Origin: Ignavibacteriaceae bacterium
GTDB lineage: Bacteria; Bacteroidota; Ignavibacteria; Ignavibacteriales; Ignavibacteriaceae
Length of the DNA: 64,000 nt
NCBI GenBank assembly: GCA_019638025.1
Contig: JAHBUO010000003.1
Span: 53,194-117,193 of the forward strand
Direction: 5' to 3'
The position numbers and the translations under genes were made by a program. Within the stretch, counting starts at the first letter, position 1; each line of letters opens with the position of its first letter. Positions 50,291 to 60,750 of the stretch are shown one piece after another. The notes below the pieces were generated by a model, which saw only the letters and a list, made by a program, of their open reading frames with translations, was not told where the DNA came from and did not search any database.

Positions 50291-51959
50291 CCACATAAGC
50301 ATAAATTAATTTTTGTGGTGTAAGTTCACCGATTCGCATAATATCTTCGTCGCGCGTGACCTCATTATCACCGTAATATTTATTATCCGCACTATCTTTA
50401 TGAAGCGAATTTTTAATCCCTTGACGAGAAAGAACTTCTAACTTATCTACAATTAAATTATTGCCACTCTCAGCATCAACTCTGCCTGTAACAATGTACG
50501 GTCCAAAAGAGTATGTCTGTTGTGCAAATTTAGAGTAAACTCTCGGAAATAAAACTGCCTCAAAGGTTCCTGTTAAGTCCTCCAACGAAAGGAATTTCAT
50601 AATTTCCCCTTTACTTGTTTTAATTCTCTTTGAAGTCATAAACCATCCGCGTAAACTAATTCTTTTGTTATGATAGTTTTTCATATCGGATGAATTTATT
50701 GTTTTATACTTTTTTAATTCTTCTGCAAAAAGTTCAAGCGGATGCTTTGATACCATATAATCGAAAGTCTCGTATTCCAACCTACATTTTTCTTCTATTG
50801 AATAGTCAACTAAAGTTTCAATTTCATTTTCCAGCTTTATAGTCTCGTTAAAAAAAAGATCGTTATATGAAGGGCTATAAATCTTTCTTGCTTTGAGGTA
50901 TACATGTAAAAGTCTCAATAGAGTTGGTCGTGTTTTCTGAAAGCAATCCATAGCCCCACATTGAATGAGATAAGTTGATTCAGCCATGCCGGTTTTTGTT
51001 CGAAGTAAAAAGTCAAGTAAGGAAGTATATTCTCCATTATATTCTCTTTCAGTTACAATATTTTCTGCCGTATTGCGTGACATATTCTTAATTGCCATTA
51101 ACCCGATTAGAATTGTATTATTACTTCCTTCATATTCATATTCACTTTTATTAATGCATGGCAAAACTATTGTAAGACCGCATCTTTTAGCTTCTTGAAT
51201 GTAAACAGCCGCAGAATAATAGCCACCTCCGTTACTAAGAACACTAGCCATGAACTCGGCGGTATAATGAGTTTTTAAATATGCTACTTGGAAAGAAAGA
51301 ATAGCAAAAGCTGCGCTATGAGCTTTACAAAAGGCATATCCGGCAAATGACTCCATCTGATTCCATAATAGGATAGCCTTATCTCGCTCCAAACCATTAT
51401 CATCACACGACCGGAAATACTTTTCCTGCATTCTTTCAATAACTTCACGAGAACGTACTTTACCACTCATTCCTCGCCTGAGTAAATCTGCATCAATTAC
51501 ACTTAAACCGGCTATTTGATTTGCAACTTTGATAACATCTTCTTGATAAATCATAACCCCATAAGTATTTCCAAGAACTTTTTCCATCTCAGGGAAAAGA
51601 TATTTTCGCTTTGTTTTATCACGATGACGAAGAATATACTCCTTCATCATCCCGCTTTCTGCAACTCCGGGACGGATAATTGAACTTGCCGCCACTACCA
51701 TCTCAAAAGTATCGGCCGTAAGCCGCCATAGCAATGACCGCATCCCGGGAGATTCTATATAAAAACAACCGATTGTTCTTCCTTCTTTTATTAGTTTAAT
51801 TGTTTCAGCATCTGAAAAAAGTTTTTCATAATCATAAATATCGAATTTTACTCTTTTGGTATTTCGAGGAATTGGCGGATAGAGTCTCGCAATGCGAGGA
51901 CCCGTAGTACCCATCCGACTATATAAACTATCTTTCCCGCTCTCCCTTAACATTTCCAA
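50286..51959 (-). pseudogene. dnaE: DNA polymerase III alpha (DnaE/DnaE2-type) C-terminal fragment; 5'-truncated, missing the PHP and palm N-terminal half
   Basis: The 557-aa ORF starts at TTG and aligns by eye only to the distal part of Pol III alpha: TIGCFYIESPGMRSLL, IIRPGVAESGMM, MIYQEDV, the HhH region FAGYAFCKAHSAAFA, and the OB-fold tail. The frame closes at a TAG (51993-51995) 11 codons upstream, and no other coding remnant lies before ftsZ. Confidence 0.7.
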
Positions 51960-52166
51960 CTGCTCTTTAAATAATAGTGTTCATTTGCCCACTATATTTA
52001 ATTGCTTTTAAGGTGAAAGTCAAGAGAATAACAAAAAAGTAGTTTCGTGTCAGCATGAAACTTCTATATATGGATTATAGTAAAAGTGAATTTGATTGAC
52101 TTTAATTTGAAAAGAGAGGAAATTTCAGTTAGCAATAATAAGTATTTGCGGTAAAGGAGAATTGAA

Positions 52167-52361
52167 ATGCAAGCCGAAGATGAAGTAGTATGGGTATGTC
52201 AATATTGTGGTATCCATAATACTGTTGATGTAGATTTTACGGTAAGCGGAAAGCTTGATTTTATTGAGGATTGTAGAATTTGTTGCAGACCAAATAGAAT
52301 CATCATAACTATTGATCCTGATGAAAATATATTTGTTGAAGCTCGCTATATTGATGAATAA
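52167..52361 (+). CDS. CPXCG-motif cysteine-rich mini-protein
   Basis: 64 aa with CQYCG...DCRICCRPN (four-Cys zinc-ribbon-like pattern). AAGGAG RBS upstream. Confidence 0.75.
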   Translation: MQAEDEVVWVCQYCGIHNTVDVDFTVSGKLDFIEDCRICCRPNRIIITIDPDENIFVEARYIDE

Positions 52362-52424
52362 ATAATTAAGCTATTATGCTTATTTTTAAATTATCTGCAA
52401 AATAATTTACAACTATAAGAATGG

Positions 52425-52454
52425 GGATTAATAATCTTAAAAGATTATTAATCC
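52425..52454. terminator. Perfect 14-bp inverted repeat between the convergent CPXCG gene and ftsZ
   Basis: GGATTAATAATCTT-AA-AAGATTATTAATCC. The ftsZ stop codon (52448-52450) lies inside the right arm. There is no clear U-tract on either strand. Confidence 0.5.
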
Positions 52455-53761
52455 ATAATCATTCTTAAAAATGCTGAACTGTCTTCTTCATCAATATTCT
52501 TATGTTGAGGAATTACTTTAGCTTCTTCTTTACGATTCTGTTCTAATGAATATTGCTTAATCTTCTCAGTACTAAATCCTGAAGAAAAATTTTCTTCTTC
52601 TTCATTTGCCTCAAACTGAAATTGAGAAACAGAACTATCCTTGGTCCCTTTTCTAAAAATAGTTGGGATATTTAAATCATCTTTATCTACTAAATTATTG
52701 TCAGCAGTGTAACCACTAAATATTTGATGAATCGGTGTTGATTTTGGTGGATTTACAACTTTCTTCTCTGCTGGTTTTTGTGAGCCCATTAAATTCTGTT
52801 TATCAAAACCGGTTGCAATAACAGTATAAGAGACATAATCATTCATATCTTCTTTTGTAACATATCCAAAAATAATGTTTGCTTCTTCGCCTACAGTTTG
52901 TTGAATAATATTATTGCCTTCGTGAATCTCCATCATTGTTAAATTATCAGATCCGGTAACATTGATTAACACATTCTTTGCTCCTTGTATACTAACTCCA
53001 TCTAATAATGGACTAGAGATTGCTTTTTGAGCTGCTTCAATTGCTCTGTGTTCACCACTTGCAATTCCACAACCCATAACAGCAACACCACTTTGATTCA
53101 TAACAGTTCTAACATCAGCAAAATCGACATTAATAATCCCGGGGATAGTGATTATATCGGCAATACCGCGTGTTGCTTCATACAATACTTCATTGGGTTT
53201 ATCAAACGATGAAGAAGCAGGAGTATTTTTATCTAGTATAGCTAAAATGCGTTCATTGGGGATAACAATTAAGCTATCAACAAATTGTTTTAATTCTTGA
53301 ATACCGCTTTCAGCATTTAAAGTTCTAATTCTTCCTTCCCATTTGAAAGGTTTTGTGACAACACCAACAACCAATGCTCCCAAGCTTTTTGCTATCGAAG
53401 CAACTACGGGAGCTGCACCGGTACCGGTTCCGCCACCCATGCCTGTTGTAATAAAAACCATATCACTACCACTGAGAATTTCAGCTATTTTCTCTCTGTC
53501 TTCTTCAGCAGCTTTTTTACCAATTTTAGGATCAGCACCTGCACCCAAACCTTTTGTTATTTTCACACCGATTTGTACTTTGTGCTGAGCATTACTTTTT
53601 TCGAGAACTTGTGCATCAGTATTTACGGCCACGTATTCAACTCCGTTCAATCCTCTCTTAATCATAGATTCTACAGCATTACAGCCGCCTCCACCAACAC
53701 CAACTACTTTTAAGATTGCAGTCATTGGTTGTGATCTGTCTATTGTGGCAAAACTAGGCAT
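52448..53761 (-). CDS. ftsZ: Cell division GTPase FtsZ
   Basis: Tubulin signature GGGTGTGAAPV, NTDAQ, and a long variable C-terminal linker. Confidence 0.98.
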   Translation of the reverse strand: MPSFATIDRSQPMTAILKVVGVGGGGCNAVESMIKRGLNGVEYVAVNTDAQVLEKSNAQHKVQIGVKITKGLGAGADPKIGKKAAEEDREKIAEILSGSDMVFITTGMGGGTGTGAAPVVASIAKSLGALVVGVVTKPFKWEGRIRTLNAESGIQELKQFVDSLIVIPNERILAILDKNTPASSSFDKPNEVLYEATRGIADIITIPGIINVDFADVRTVMNQSGVAVMGCGIASGEHRAIEAAQKAISSPLLDGVSIQGAKNVLINVTGSDNLTMMEIHEGNNIIQQTVGEEANIIFGYVTKEDMNDYVSYTVIATGFDKQNLMGSQKPAEKKVVNPPKSTPIHQIFSGYTADNNLVDKDDLNIPTIFRKGTKDSSVSQFQFEANEEEENFSSGFSTEKIKQYSLEQNRKEEAKVIPQHKNIDEEDSSAFLRMIMD

Positions 53762-53781
53762 TCTATATTCTCCTATTTAAT

Positions 53782-55032
53782 TTATAATTCATTGAAAAAT
53801 TCTCTAAATCGTGTCCACGATTCTTTTACAATATTCTTTTTAACTTTTTTAGATTTTGAAACAGCTCCAACATTAAGAACTTTTTGTCCTGGGATTCCCT
53901 TTATCAATCCTACTACAGTCGCAAACTCAGGTTTTTCCATTTCCACCACAGCGCCCGTAGAAAATTCTAACGGAATACCGATTCTGCAATGCATCCCAAA
54001 TACTTCTTCTGCTAATTCAGTACAACCTCTTAGCATTGAACCACCACCTGTAAGAACTATTCCGGCTTTAATTTTATTCCGTAAACCAACGCTTCTAATA
54101 TCATTATCAATCAGAGTAAAAAGTTCACGCATTCTTAAACTTATAATTTGAGTTAAAAGACTAATTGGAATTCTTGTGCTCCCTTTGCCTCCGACACCTC
54201 TAATCGTGATTTCTTCATCTCTGATGATTGCTGCTTCAGTAGCATAACCATGTTGTTTCTTTAATAACTCAGCTTCGGAAGTAACTATTCCAAGCGATTC
54301 TCTTATATCATTTGTTACTTGATTTCCGGCAACTCCAAATACTTTTGAATGTTTAATTGCTTTTTTATGAAGCACAGCTATATCAGTAGTTCCACCACCT
54401 ATATCAATCAGTAAAACTCCCAAATCTTTTTCACTATCATCTAAAACTGATGAACTTGATGCAATCGGTTGCAAAATATACTGTGCAACTTTAAATCCTG
54501 CTCTTTCAACTGACTTACGAATATTTTGGATAGCCGGAATTGCTGCCAAAACTATGTGATTACTCGCTTCCAGTCTTGTACCTGTCATTCCAATCGGATT
54601 GTCAATGTTGCCATTATAGTCAATGAAAAACTCTTCCGGAATTATGTGCAATATTTGTCTATCTGAAGGGATTGGAATTGTTCTTACATCTGCTTCCAAT
54701 CTTTGTAAATCTTCTTTAGTGATTTCATGTTCTTCATTAGTAATAGTCACATAATTTCGATGTCTGAGACTTGTAATATGCTCTCCGGCAACTCCGACAT
54801 TTAATTCTTGAACTTGAATTCCTGCTCTATTAGATGCAATTGCAACTGCACTCTGTATCGCCTCTGCTGTTTTTGAAATATTTGCCACCAAACCTCTGCT
54901 TAATCCTTCAGACGGGGCAACACCAAAGCCAAGAACTTTAAACTTCTCATTTTCAATTTGCTCAGCTATAACTGCGCAAACTTTGGTTGTACCTAAATCT
55001 AATCCTGCTACAATATTATTTTTCATCATCAA
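53782..55032 (-). CDS. ftsA: Cell division protein FtsA
   Basis: Actin-like ATPase blocks (GLDLGTTKVCAV, DIGGGTTDIAV, VLTGGGS). Positioned between ftsQ and ftsZ. Confidence 0.96.
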   Translation of the reverse strand: MMMKNNIVAGLDLGTTKVCAVIAEQIENEKFKVLGFGVAPSEGLSRGLVANISKTAEAIQSAVAIASNRAGIQVQELNVGVAGEHITSLRHRNYVTITNEEHEITKEDLQRLEADVRTIPIPSDRQILHIIPEEFFIDYNGNIDNPIGMTGTRLEASNHIVLAAIPAIQNIRKSVERAGFKVAQYILQPIASSSSVLDDSEKDLGVLLIDIGGGTTDIAVLHKKAIKHSKVFGVAGNQVTNDIRESLGIVTSEAELLKKQHGYATEAAIIRDEEITIRGVGGKGSTRIPISLLTQIISLRMRELFTLIDNDIRSVGLRNKIKAGIVLTGGGSMLRGCTELAEEVFGMHCRIGIPLEFSTGAVVEMEKPEFATVVGLIKGIPGQKVLNVGAVSKSKKVKKNIVKESWTRFREFFNEL

Positions 55033-55787
55033 ATTCCTGTGAGCTGATTATTACCGATAAATAGACTTTCACTATATCTTAAATCTATATAATCCGATGT
55101 CTTGATCATCGAGGTATAATTCTCTGTCGATTTTAACAGCTCATATAATACATAAATTTTTTTCACTTCGTCATTTTTTCCCAAAAGTATAACCGGTTTT
55201 AGTCCCGATAAATAGATAATTATTTCGTTACCGTTTCTTAGGTTTATTTCCGATAAATTATTCGCAAAATCACTACTAATATTTTTTGATGTATACACAA
55301 TTTTCTTTGAAATCTTTAATTCTTCAGACTTAACTGATTGATTTATTTTAATTTCTTTTAATGTTGCATTAGTAATTACCGGATAATCAATCATCAAACT
55401 ATTATTTTCGATATTTAGTATCTCATACGAGTTAGTTACTAAATAATTCTTTCCATCATAGTTTAAAAGAGCAAATATTTTCTTTTCATCAACTTGAACT
55501 GTCACAGATTTATCTGCATTTAATTCAAGTTTTACTGATTCTACGTATGGATGATTCTCAAATTTTTCTTTAATTAAACGGAGACTAAGTTGACGGCTAA
55601 TTGCAACATTATCTAAACCGGTCATCAACAAGTAATCTCGCTCAGTGAGCATTAAATTACCTTCAACTTCAACTTTTGAGAACACTTCTACGTTGTTTTT
55701 TTGTGACTGAAAAATTGTTAAAAAAACAAGTATGCAAGTTAAGATAGAAAAAAGAGTGATACTAATAATTTTATCTTTTTTAGTCAT
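55029..55787 (-). CDS. ftsQ: Cell division protein FtsQ/DivIB-like (POTRA)
   Basis: N-terminal TM plus a POTRA-like region. Synteny murC-ftsQ-ftsA and overlap with the ftsA start. Confidence 0.8.
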   Translation of the reverse strand: MTKKDKIISITLFSILTCILVFLTIFQSQKNNVEVFSKVEVEGNLMLTERDYLLMTGLDNVAISRQLSLRLIKEKFENHPYVESVKLELNADKSVTVQVDEKKIFALLNYDGKNYLVTNSYEILNIENNSLMIDYPVITNATLKEIKINQSVKSEELKISKKIVYTSKNISSDFANNLSEINLRNGNEIIIYLSGLKPVILLGKNDEVKKIYVLYELLKSTENYTSMIKTSDYIDLRYSESLFIGNNQLTGI

Positions 55788-55793
55788 CTTTTT

Positions 55794-57164
55794 TTACTTT
55801 TTTAGACTTTCAACAAACTTTTCACCATACTTCCATATATCACCGGCACCCATCGTTACAATAATATCCCCGGCTTTAGCATTATCTTCAAGAACTTTAA
55901 CAACTTCATTTTTATCTTTAACATATATAACATTTTTATGTCCGAATTTTTTTGCTGCGTTGCTTATTAACTCACCTGAAACTCCTTCAATGGGGGTTTC
56001 ACGTGCAGGATAAATATCTGTGCAAATAAATAAATCCGAATTTAAAAACGACCTGCCGAATTCATTATAAAAATCCTTCGTTCTTGAATATAGATGTGGT
56101 TGAAATACTGCGACTAATCTTCTATTCCAACCCGAACGAATTCCGGCTAATGTTGCTGATGTTTCTGTTGGATGATGGGCATAATCATCAACTACCATAA
56201 TTTCTTTATTAAATTTTACCTCAAATCTTCTATAAACTCCGCTGAATTTTTCCAAAGATTTTTTAATTACAGTAAATTCGACACCCAATTCAATTCCAAC
56301 ACAAACTGCAACCAATGAATTTTTAATATTGTGTACACCGGGGATATTAATTTTAATTTCCCCTATGTTTTCTCCTTTGTACATAACAGAGTAGCTACTA
56401 CTAAACTCATTATGCATGATGTTAATTGCTCTAATATCAGCTTGTGGCGAAGTTCCGTATGTAATTACTTTTTTATTAATCTGAGGTAAAATATCTTGAA
56501 GTGCCGGTTCGTCAAGACATAATGTAACAAAACCATAGAAAGGCACTTTATTTGCAAATTCAATAAATGCTGACTTTATATCTTCTAAATCGGCATAAGT
56601 ATCTAAATGCTCTTTTTCAAGAGTTGTGATTGCAGCAATTGTTGGTGTAAGTTTCAAGAATGTTCTATCAAATTCATCGGCTTCAACAACTATAAACTCC
56701 CCATTACCAAGTCGGGCATTTGTACCACCTAATCCACTTAATTTTCCACCGACGATAATTGTGGGGTCAATATTAGCTTCAGTTAACACAAGTCCAACCA
56801 TCGAAGTTGTGGTAGTTTTCCCGTGTGTTCCTGCAATCCCGATACCATATTTCATTCGCATACACTCAGCAAGCATTTCTGCACGCTTGATTATTGGAAT
56901 TTTTTTCTGAATGGCTGCTTGAACTTCCGGATTATCCAGAGTTACAGCCGAAGAATAAACCAACACATCAACATCAGCAAGATTTTCAGCGAAATGGCCT
57001 TCATAAATCTTGATGCCTAAATCACTCAAACGTTGTGTAATTTCCGATAAGTTTTTATCTGAACCGGAGATTTCAAAGCCTTGATTTAGCAAAATCTCGG
57101 CAATACCGCTCATTCCTATTCCACCAATTCCAACAAAATGTACTTTTTTAATATTCTTAAACAT
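55794..57164 (-). CDS. murC: UDP-N-acetylmuramate--L-alanine ligase
   Basis: FVGIGGIGMSGIAE N-terminus, P-loop GTHGKTTTTSM, and DDYAHHP. Confidence 0.97.
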   Translation of the reverse strand: MFKNIKKVHFVGIGGIGMSGIAEILLNQGFEISGSDKNLSEITQRLSDLGIKIYEGHFAENLADVDVLVYSSAVTLDNPEVQAAIQKKIPIIKRAEMLAECMRMKYGIGIAGTHGKTTTTSMVGLVLTEANIDPTIIVGGKLSGLGGTNARLGNGEFIVVEADEFDRTFLKLTPTIAAITTLEKEHLDTYADLEDIKSAFIEFANKVPFYGFVTLCLDEPALQDILPQINKKVITYGTSPQADIRAINIMHNEFSSSYSVMYKGENIGEIKINIPGVHNIKNSLVAVCVGIELGVEFTVIKKSLEKFSGVYRRFEVKFNKEIMVVDDYAHHPTETSATLAGIRSGWNRRLVAVFQPHLYSRTKDFYNEFGRSFLNSDLFICTDIYPARETPIEGVSGELISNAAKKFGHKNVIYVKDKNEVVKVLEDNAKAGDIIVTMGAGDIWKYGEKFVESLKK

Positions 57165-57171
57165 ACTTTTT

Positions 57172-58272
57172 CTAATTTTTCTCTGCTAATGCAATAACTT
57201 GTTTTGCTATTTCTTCAGCAGCCAAAGGTTTTCCTAATTTTTTACTATTCTTTTTTAGTTCGATTAAAAGACTATCATTTTTAATCAACTCTAATACTGT
57301 ATTTGCAAAATCACTTTTCAAATCCCGGTCTTCCAATAATATTGCTGCATTCTCATCCACTAAAGATTTAGCATTGAAGTATTGATGATTCTCAGCTACA
57401 TTTGGTGAAGGTATTAGCAGTGATGCTATTCCAAGCGTTGTAATCTCAGCAATTGTAGTCGCTCCCGCTCGAGCAATAACTAAATCAGCTGCTGAATAAA
57501 CTGATGCTATATCTTCAATAAATGAGAATAACTTTACAGTTTTTGATTCATGCTTAGAATATTTTTCATAATAAGTTGAACCAGTTTGCCATACTAATTG
57601 AATATTTTCCTTATTAAATAATTCGAGTGATGATTCTATTGCTTCATTAATTGATTTTGCCCCTAAACTTCCACCAACAATTGCAATCGTCTTTTTGTTT
57701 AAGTCAAGATTCAATTTTTGGGATGCTGTTGATTTATCACTCAAAGCAATATCAATTCTAATAGGATTTCCGGTTACATAACACTTATTCTTATTAGCAA
57801 AATGTTTAATCGAATTTTCAAAACTTAGATGAATTTGCTCAGCATGTTTTTCAAGTAACTTCGTAGTTTTACCGGGGAAACTGTTCTGTTCAAGCAACAC
57901 TATTTTAGAGCCTAAAATTTTTGCCATCCATAAAGCCGGACCTGCCACATATCCGCCACTACCAATCGATACAGTCGGTTTAAACTTAAAATTGATTATA
58001 AATGATTGAATCAAACTCACAAATAATTTTAGTGGAAATAAAAAATTCTCTAAAGTGAATTTTCTCGCAAAACCTTTAATCCAGATTGCACTAAACTTAA
58101 ACCCCATTTGAGGAACCACTCTACCTTCAATTTTTTTCTTTGTTCCTACGAATAAAATATCACATTCAGGAACAGATGCTCTTATTTGCTGAGCAACAGC
58201 AATTGCCGGGAAAAGGTGTCCTCCGGTTCCACCACCGGCAAATAGAAAACGATATCTATTTACATTTTTCAA
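57172..58272 (-). CDS. murG: Undecaprenyldiphospho-muramoylpentapeptide beta-N-acetylglucosaminyltransferase
   Basis: GGTGGHLFPA motif, GT28 architecture, and dcw synteny. Confidence 0.96.
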   Translation of the reverse strand: MKNVNRYRFLFAGGGTGGHLFPAIAVAQQIRASVPECDILFVGTKKKIEGRVVPQMGFKFSAIWIKGFARKFTLENFLFPLKLFVSLIQSFIINFKFKPTVSIGSGGYVAGPALWMAKILGSKIVLLEQNSFPGKTTKLLEKHAEQIHLSFENSIKHFANKNKCYVTGNPIRIDIALSDKSTASQKLNLDLNKKTIAIVGGSLGAKSINEAIESSLELFNKENIQLVWQTGSTYYEKYSKHESKTVKLFSFIEDIASVYSAADLVIARAGATTIAEITTLGIASLLIPSPNVAENHQYFNAKSLVDENAAILLEDRDLKSDFANTVLELIKNDSLLIELKKNSKKLGKPLAAEEIAKQVIALAEKN

Positions 58273-59387
58273 ATTTCAGCAGTCTCAATTTGTGGTGGTA
58301 AATTTTCTTTAATATTACTAACTCCAATATTTATTAGTATACCAATCGATATACTCATAATAATAAGCGAAGTTCCGCCATAACTGATAAAAGGCAAAGG
58401 CAATCCTGTTGTTGGAATCAATCCTGATGCAACTGCAATATTCACTAGTGCATATGTGATAAAAGATAATGAAATAGCTATTCCTAATACTTGACCAAAT
58501 TTGTCTTTCGCGTTTTTAGCTATAATAATTCCCGCAATAAAAACTCCTAAATAAATCAGTAGAACGAAAGTGGCTCCTACAAACCCACGTTCTTCGCCGA
58601 GGATAGCAAAGATAAAATCGCCATAAGCTTCAGGAAGAAATAGATTTCGCTGGCTACTATGCCCAAAGCCGACGCCCCAAATTCCGCCACTCCCGAGCCC
58701 ATACAAAGCTTGTTTAACTTGGGAATTTATATGTCCTCCATTCATTAAGCTTTCCACAAAATTCATAATTCTGCCTCTGGAATGTGAGAATAACATAGCA
58801 ATAGAAATTGATACAATCCCGCTAATAACTAAAGAGAAAAAAATGTGAATGAATCTTGCACCACCTACATACAAAACAATCATTGAAATAAGTAAGAGTA
58901 AACTTGCATTACTAACATTCGGTTGAGCAAATATTAGCCCACACGTAAACAAAATCCACAGAAGTGCATATCTGAATCCTTCCTTATACTTTTTTATCTC
59001 TTCTCCTTTAGACTCAATTAATGCAGCCAAGTGAATAAATAAAAATAATTTTGCTAACTCTGCAGGTTGAAAATTTATAAATCCAAGATCAATCCAACGT
59101 CTTCCCCCCTTGACAGAAGCTGAGATTATAAGGGTTAATACCAATATAGTAACAATTATTAAAATCATTGGTTTACTGTAATTTTTGTAATACTCATACG
59201 GAAGGAATGAAAATAAAACTAAAAATCCGACAGCAAGAAATGCTTTATACAAATGACTATTAAACATATAAAATTGATTTGCAAATTTTGTATCACTATA
59301 AGTGCTACTTGCACTCATCACAAGATATAAACCAATTAGAATCAGAATAAATGAACCAAAGAAAATTGATATCGATAATTTTTTCAT
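58269..59387 (-). CDS. ftsW: SEDS-family peptidoglycan glycosyltransferase FtsW
   Basis: Polytopic SEDS pattern (QPAELAK, LPFISYGGTS). The track start at 59483 overlaps murD by 95 nt. The ATG at 59387 (MKKLSISIFF...) lies 1 nt after the murD stop. Confidence 0.93.
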   Translation of the reverse strand: MKKLSISIFFGSFILILIGLYLVMSASSTYSDTKFANQFYMFNSHLYKAFLAVGFLVLFSFLPYEYYKNYSKPMILIIVTILVLTLIISASVKGGRRWIDLGFINFQPAELAKLFLFIHLAALIESKGEEIKKYKEGFRYALLWILFTCGLIFAQPNVSNASLLLLISMIVLYVGGARFIHIFFSLVISGIVSISIAMLFSHSRGRIMNFVESLMNGGHINSQVKQALYGLGSGGIWGVGFGHSSQRNLFLPEAYGDFIFAILGEERGFVGATFVLLIYLGVFIAGIIIAKNAKDKFGQVLGIAISLSFITYALVNIAVASGLIPTTGLPLPFISYGGTSLIIMSISIGILINIGVSNIKENLPPQIETAEI

Positions 59388-59388
59388 A

Positions 59389-60747
59389 TTATAAACTCTC
59401 AACAGCTTTCTTAAATACTTCCCCTCGATGTTCATAATTGTTGAACATGTCAAAGCTTGCACACGCCGGTGAAAGCAGAACAATATCGCCTTCAGAAGCT
59501 AAGAGATTACTATTGCTAACACATTCTTCAAGTGTTTCAGCAATTTGAACAGGAACAAAACTATTGAAGTACTCAAATACTTTATCGGAGGAACTCCCGA
59601 TTGCATAGATTTTCTTGACTTTCGACTTAACAAGATTTTCAATTTTGCTGTAATCGTTCCCCTTATCTAGTCCACCAAGAATCAATATAATTGGATTTTC
59701 AAAACTATTCAGAGCATACCAAACTGAATCAACATTTGTAGCTTTTGAATCATTAATAAATCTTACTCCATTAAAATTTCTGACAAACTCTAGGCGATGC
59801 TCAACTCCCGGGAAAGTAATTAGCCCTTTAAGAATATCTTCATTAGAGATGCCAATTTGTTTTGCGGCAATTACAACTGCCATTGCATTAGCATAATTAT
59901 GCTCACCTTTAAGTGAAATATCACTAAGTTTACATCGAAATTTTTCGATATTGTTTTCGTTATATACTAACTCTGATTCAGTTAGGAATGCACCATCTTC
60001 AATATGAGTCTTGGTTGAAAATTTGAAAACTCTCGCATTTATTTTTAGCGAATTACTTCGAAGTAAGTCATCATCCTCATTTATTATGCAAACTTCGCTT
60101 TGTGTCTGATTCATAAATATTCTGAGTTTTGATTCAGTATATTTTTCAAAACTGTTATCGTATCGATTTAAATGATCAGGTGTAATATTCAATATTACTG
60201 AAATTCTTGGTTTGAAGTTTTCAATACTATCCAATTGGAAACTTGAAACTTCAAGTGCTGCATAATCATATTTTTCATCTCGCAAAATTACATCCGAAAA
60301 AGCAGTTCCAATATTCCCGCAAGCAACAACTTTTTTTATCGCTGTTTTTAAAATATGTTCCATTAAAGAAGTTGTTGTTGTTTTTCCATTTGTACCTGTT
60401 ATGGCAATAGTAACTCCATTAAAATAGTGTGATGCGAATTCAACTTCACTTATTACTCTAATCCCTTTTGCGATAAATTCCTTAACTATTTTTGAGTCTG
60501 TAGGAACACCCGGACTAACTATAACAAATGATGCATCAAATACTCTTTCAGAGTGCTCAGAGAATTCATAATCAATTTGTTCAGCACGAAGTTGGTTTAC
60601 CGCATTCATCATTTTAACTTCATCGGAAATATCGCTGACAAATGGAATTGCCCCTAATCTCTTTAGCAATCTTGCTGCAGATATACCGCTCCTCGCTGCT
60701 CCTAGTACAGTTACTTTTAATCCGGATATTTCTTCTTTATAATTCAT
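59389..60747 (-). CDS. murD: UDP-N-acetylmuramoylalanine--D-glutamate ligase
   Basis: VLGAARSG Rossmann start, P-loop GTNGKTTT, and DSKATN. Confidence 0.96.
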   Translation of the reverse strand: MNYKEEISGLKVTVLGAARSGISAARLLKRLGAIPFVSDISDEVKMMNAVNQLRAEQIDYEFSEHSERVFDASFVIVSPGVPTDSKIVKEFIAKGIRVISEVEFASHYFNGVTIAITGTNGKTTTTSLMEHILKTAIKKVVACGNIGTAFSDVILRDEKYDYAALEVSSFQLDSIENFKPRISVILNITPDHLNRYDNSFEKYTESKLRIFMNQTQSEVCIINEDDDLLRSNSLKINARVFKFSTKTHIEDGAFLTESELVYNENNIEKFRCKLSDISLKGEHNYANAMAVVIAAKQIGISNEDILKGLITFPGVEHRLEFVRNFNGVRFINDSKATNVDSVWYALNSFENPIILILGGLDKGNDYSKIENLVKSKVKKIYAIGSSSDKVFEYFNSFVPVQIAETLEECVSNSNLLASEGDIVLLSPACASFDMFNNYEHRGEVFKKAVESL

Positions 60748-60750
60748 ATC

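Noticed and set aside
50286-51959. The DnaE fragment as the C-terminal half of a split-intein DnaE, as in cyanobacteria.
   Set aside because: There is no Int-C-like ~36-aa segment followed by a Cys/Ser/Thr nucleophile at the N-terminus. Homology to Pol III alpha appears to run right up to the first residues, which indicates truncation rather than a split intein.
52167-52361. The CPXCG mini-protein plus the dnaE fragment as a functional two-gene module.
   Set aside because: The genes are divergent and share only an intergenic region. I know of no link between the families, so adjacency is more simply explained by the rearrangement that truncated dnaE.
53792-54151. Antisense or shadow ORFs of 60-119 aa inside larger genes. 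Examples: 53792-54151 in ftsA, 62829-63182 in murF, 4931-5224, 30643-31227, 56626-56910, 9-215 and 1221-1521 in the PBP gene.
   Set aside because: Each lies entirely within a well-supported gene on the opposite strand. They have low-complexity or atypical composition and lack an RBS. They are typical of open antisense frames in AT-rich genomes.
59388-59483. Long N-terminal extensions in the track ORFs: ftsW 59388-59483, lpxH 2572-2655, and the S8 peptidase 32169-32219.
   Set aside because: The extensions overlap the 3' ends of the upstream genes and have non-protein-like composition. Internal ATG or GTG starts give canonical N-termini or signal peptides directly after the upstream stop codons.
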